Part shown: positions 61,401 through 64,000 of the stretch, one piece after another | Numbering within the stretch: position 1 is the stretch's first letter | Layout of the letters: every line of letters begins with the position of its first letter | NCBI GenBank assembly: GCA_001179505.1 | Contig: CDMY01000395.1 | Span: forward strand, 248,001 to 312,000 | Reading direction: 5' to 3' | Source of the DNA: Vitrella brassicaformis CCMP3155 | Taxonomy: Eukaryota; Protista; Chromerida | DNA: 64,000 bases | The notes under the pieces: generated by a model | Told to the model about the DNA's origin: nothing | What the model saw: only the letters and a program-made list of their open reading frames with translations | Database searches by the model: none | Translations under genes and position numbers: made by a program

Positions 61401-63535
61401 CTTTGCCTCTCGCTTCCAGAGGCGTCGAGACAGTCTGCGGTACCCTGTCGTCATTTTTGCTGATCGCAGGGATACTGGCTGCTGGCGAGAGTGCTGTTGG
61501 TGCGCCAAGAGTGCCTCTTGAGTCGATCGATTGGTTTGCAATAGTAGGTGAAGATGCCTCCATGGGTATTACCGGACGAACAGCCGTTTCCGATGGGTGG
61601 TTCGGCCTGAAAAGCCAAGTCAGGACACCGGGGATGTTCAGAAGTAACACACCATTCGAATGATGGCTTACGTTGCCAGCACTGGCCCCTCTGTCTCAGA
61701 CAATGCCGCTTGTTCCTGTTCCCTCTTGCCCATATCCGCGCCACACTCGCTTGCATCAGCGGATGATTGGACCAGGTATGCTGACAAGCGGTTGTCAGAC
61801 ATGTCAGAGGGCGCACGTGAAGACAGTTGGGCAAAATCCCCCGCGGGCACGTCAAGCCTGCGGATTGTTGGCGGCTCCTGCGGCGACGGAGGTATCATGA
61901 GCTGCATCCTGGACAAGACAAAGAGAAGAAATGGGCTCCAAAGTTCTTCCTTCCTCGGTTTGCCTACCCTGGCTGTTGCCTGCTGCTGTCTTTTCCATCT
62001 GCCTGCATCTCCGACTCGACAACAGCCGAGTGCCCAACATCAGCCGCCATGGCACTCGGCTTAGGAGAGCGCACCCATGGCACATGTGAGCTGGAAGCTG
62101 GCGGCGGATTCTCAGCAGTGAACTGGGGAGAGGGTTGTATTTCCACTGCATGTTCCGCTCCCCCGCCTTCATCTTCTTTTGCCCTGGCGACTCTGAGCAG
62201 GGCCTGCTGCATGATCATCTCGTCGTGCTCTCGGTCAGACACTTCACTGGTTTGCGCGTCTCCAACGTAAGCCGAGAGGCGATTGTCGGAAAGGTCCGAG
62301 GGCGCTTCTGACGTCGCACGGGACGCCCTCATCGGTACTTGAAGTAGGTTGCGCCGCCCCTTTTCCGCTTCCAGTCTTTCGCGCAGATCCGGATGGGCAC
62401 TGAATCGAGCAAAAGGACGCAGAGCTGATGAGTACCAGCATCGCTTGCACCCTTCCGTACCTGTCCATCAGCAGCTTCATGACGTGCTCCTTGTCCCCTT
62501 CTTCCTTCACCCTGCTCAGAGCAGCCGCTTCACTCACACTCACCCTCCTCCCCATGCCACTTCCCGCAAAAGGAGCGTCGCCCATCCATCCACTGACGCT
62601 GTGTCTCGCGAGGGTCCTCCTTCTCGCATCGGTGACGGGGGAGGGACCTGCAGTTGCGTCATCTGCCAGGGGCTGCATTGCGTATGACATGTGACGCGGC
62701 TGTGATGGCGGTCGGGAGGGCCCGGGAGAGGACAGTGCTGACGTGGAAGGGCTGTTGCGTTGAGAACATGTCTCGAAATACGAAAACTGTGAAGCAGGAG
62801 CAAAGATGTGTGTGATTGAGAGGTGCGCCTGTTTTTTGTCTTCTCGTTCAGGTCACCCTTAGCTGTTGCCATCGCCTTGCAAGCCTTGTCTGACGATACT
62901 TGGCCTGCCAATCCTCTGATTCATCCTACCAGGAGACACACGGACTTCCTTCATTGAAGACGAAGCCTTTCTTTCGCCCACCCGGCTGTCGACCGTGTCA
63001 ACGTCCGTCTCTTCCTTTACCGTCGACATCCTCCGGTGTCTCATCGCGGATCGAGGCCGGGCGTCGGCTGTGTGACGGCGGGTCGAAGAGCGACGGAAGG
63101 GCGGATGGCTTTCACCCTGCAGGAGAGAAACAAAAGGTACACGTCATTCATTGGCGCAATCGGATTTCGTCTCACCTTGGTGGCAAGCTCCATCAATTGG
63201 TCCATCCTTTTCTTGACGGCCGACGAGAACCGCCGAGAGTCCTCCTCGCCGTCCTCCTCTTGCTCGCTGTCGTGGAACAGGGGCATCGATTCCAGCAGTG
63301 TGGACGACGGATGGCGGGAGGGATTCAACTGGGCGCGGAGCGAGGCAATCTCGATGTCTCGAGACACCTGCATCGGCAGAAAACACCCGGGTCTGTGCAA
63401 TTGGGTCTGTGCCATGGCAGTGGCCAACAAGCACACCTTCTCGGCGACGAGTCTCCTGTTGAATGCCTCCAGCACCCTCAAACGGTCTGACACGTCGGCT
63501 GCCATGATCTCCAACTCACCCTGTTCCGCATCCAT
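58497..63535 (-). CDS. Large, mostly disordered S/A/P/E-rich protein with internal repeats
   Basis: Long same-strand exons (e.g. 59727-61070, 58497-59714), a coiled N-terminus (DVSDRLRVLEAFNRRLVAEK), and duplicated peptides IPAISK..VPQ and APSD(M/L)SDNRLSAY. Confidence 0.5.
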
Positions 63536-63859
63536 GATAATCGGGCAGGCAACGGCAAAGAGGAAAGCACTTTTTGTACCGGCTGCCCACGAAACCCTTC
63601 AGCTCTGCGAGCTTAGTGTCATCCCTCCGGCCCAAGAGGCAAAGGAGCGAAGAGAATGTAGCATGGCGACGACGAGGGCAGAGCCCGTTGACGCCACAAA
63701 ACAGCACTCCGATCCATAGCTTTCGCGACTTGGCTGCACGATGGCTGCCAGTGCCGCCGCCCAGGTGAGAAGAGGGAGCTGCAGGCCAGGCAAATCCCTA
63801 CATCATGACGTGAATCACTTGTGCTCTCTGTGTGTGGTTTGTCATTCGGTTTGGTGCAG

Positions 63860-64000
63860 ATGAGCGCGGTGATACGGGCGCAGCTGCTGCCGCAGGTAGA
63901 GGGCTATCGGCTGAAGCAGGCTCAGGTATCAGCTAACCAACACATACCGACTCGTCCATTCCATGCAGTGCATCCAAAGCTCATCGGCTGCGTGCTTGTG
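63860..64000 (+). CDS. Lineage-specific family A, copy 4 (5' end only; runs off the window)
   Basis: MSAVIRAQLLPQVEGYRLKQAQ followed by the same first intron as copies 1 and 3. Confidence 0.8.
   Translation, partial: MSAVIRAQLLPQVEGYRLKQAQVSANQHIPTRPFHAVHPKLIGCVLV

Noticed and set aside
1-64000. Numerous short ORFs rich in CVCV/HTHT/MDGW
   Set aside because: These are translations of intronic (GT)n, (CA)n and (GGAT)n microsatellites.

Overview
Eukaryotic, GC-rich, intron-dense scaffold. Introns are short and full of (GT)n/(CA)n/(GGAT)n, and there are six 300-N placeholder gaps. Gene content (plastid-targeted ClpC and PsbY with bipartite leaders, apicomplexan-type centrin) and intron style suggest a photosynthetic relative of apicomplexans, most likely the chromerid Vitrella (inference). 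Recognisable genes: TTC1-like TPR co-chaperone with an N-terminal membrane anchor, Enhancer of Polycomb, plastid ClpC, HTATSF1/TAT-SF1 with a GYF_2 domain, nuclear PsbY and centrin. Accessory content: (i) four dispersed copies of a lineage-specific multi-exon family with a degenerate F-box-like motif (family A), plus a related near-intronless gene (family B) and its truncated copy. All intact copies lie head-to-head with another gene, and one is bracketed by a ~38-bp direct repeat. (ii) An ~11-kb exon-shuffled, partly decayed locus (22.9-33.2 kb, minus strand) combining Sfi1-like W-periodic helices with up to six J-domain HPD mini-exons (HPD/HSD/HQD/RSD variants). No transposase, reverse transcriptase, rRNA, tRNA or CRISPR array was seen. 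All gene models were spliced by eye, and no database search was run.
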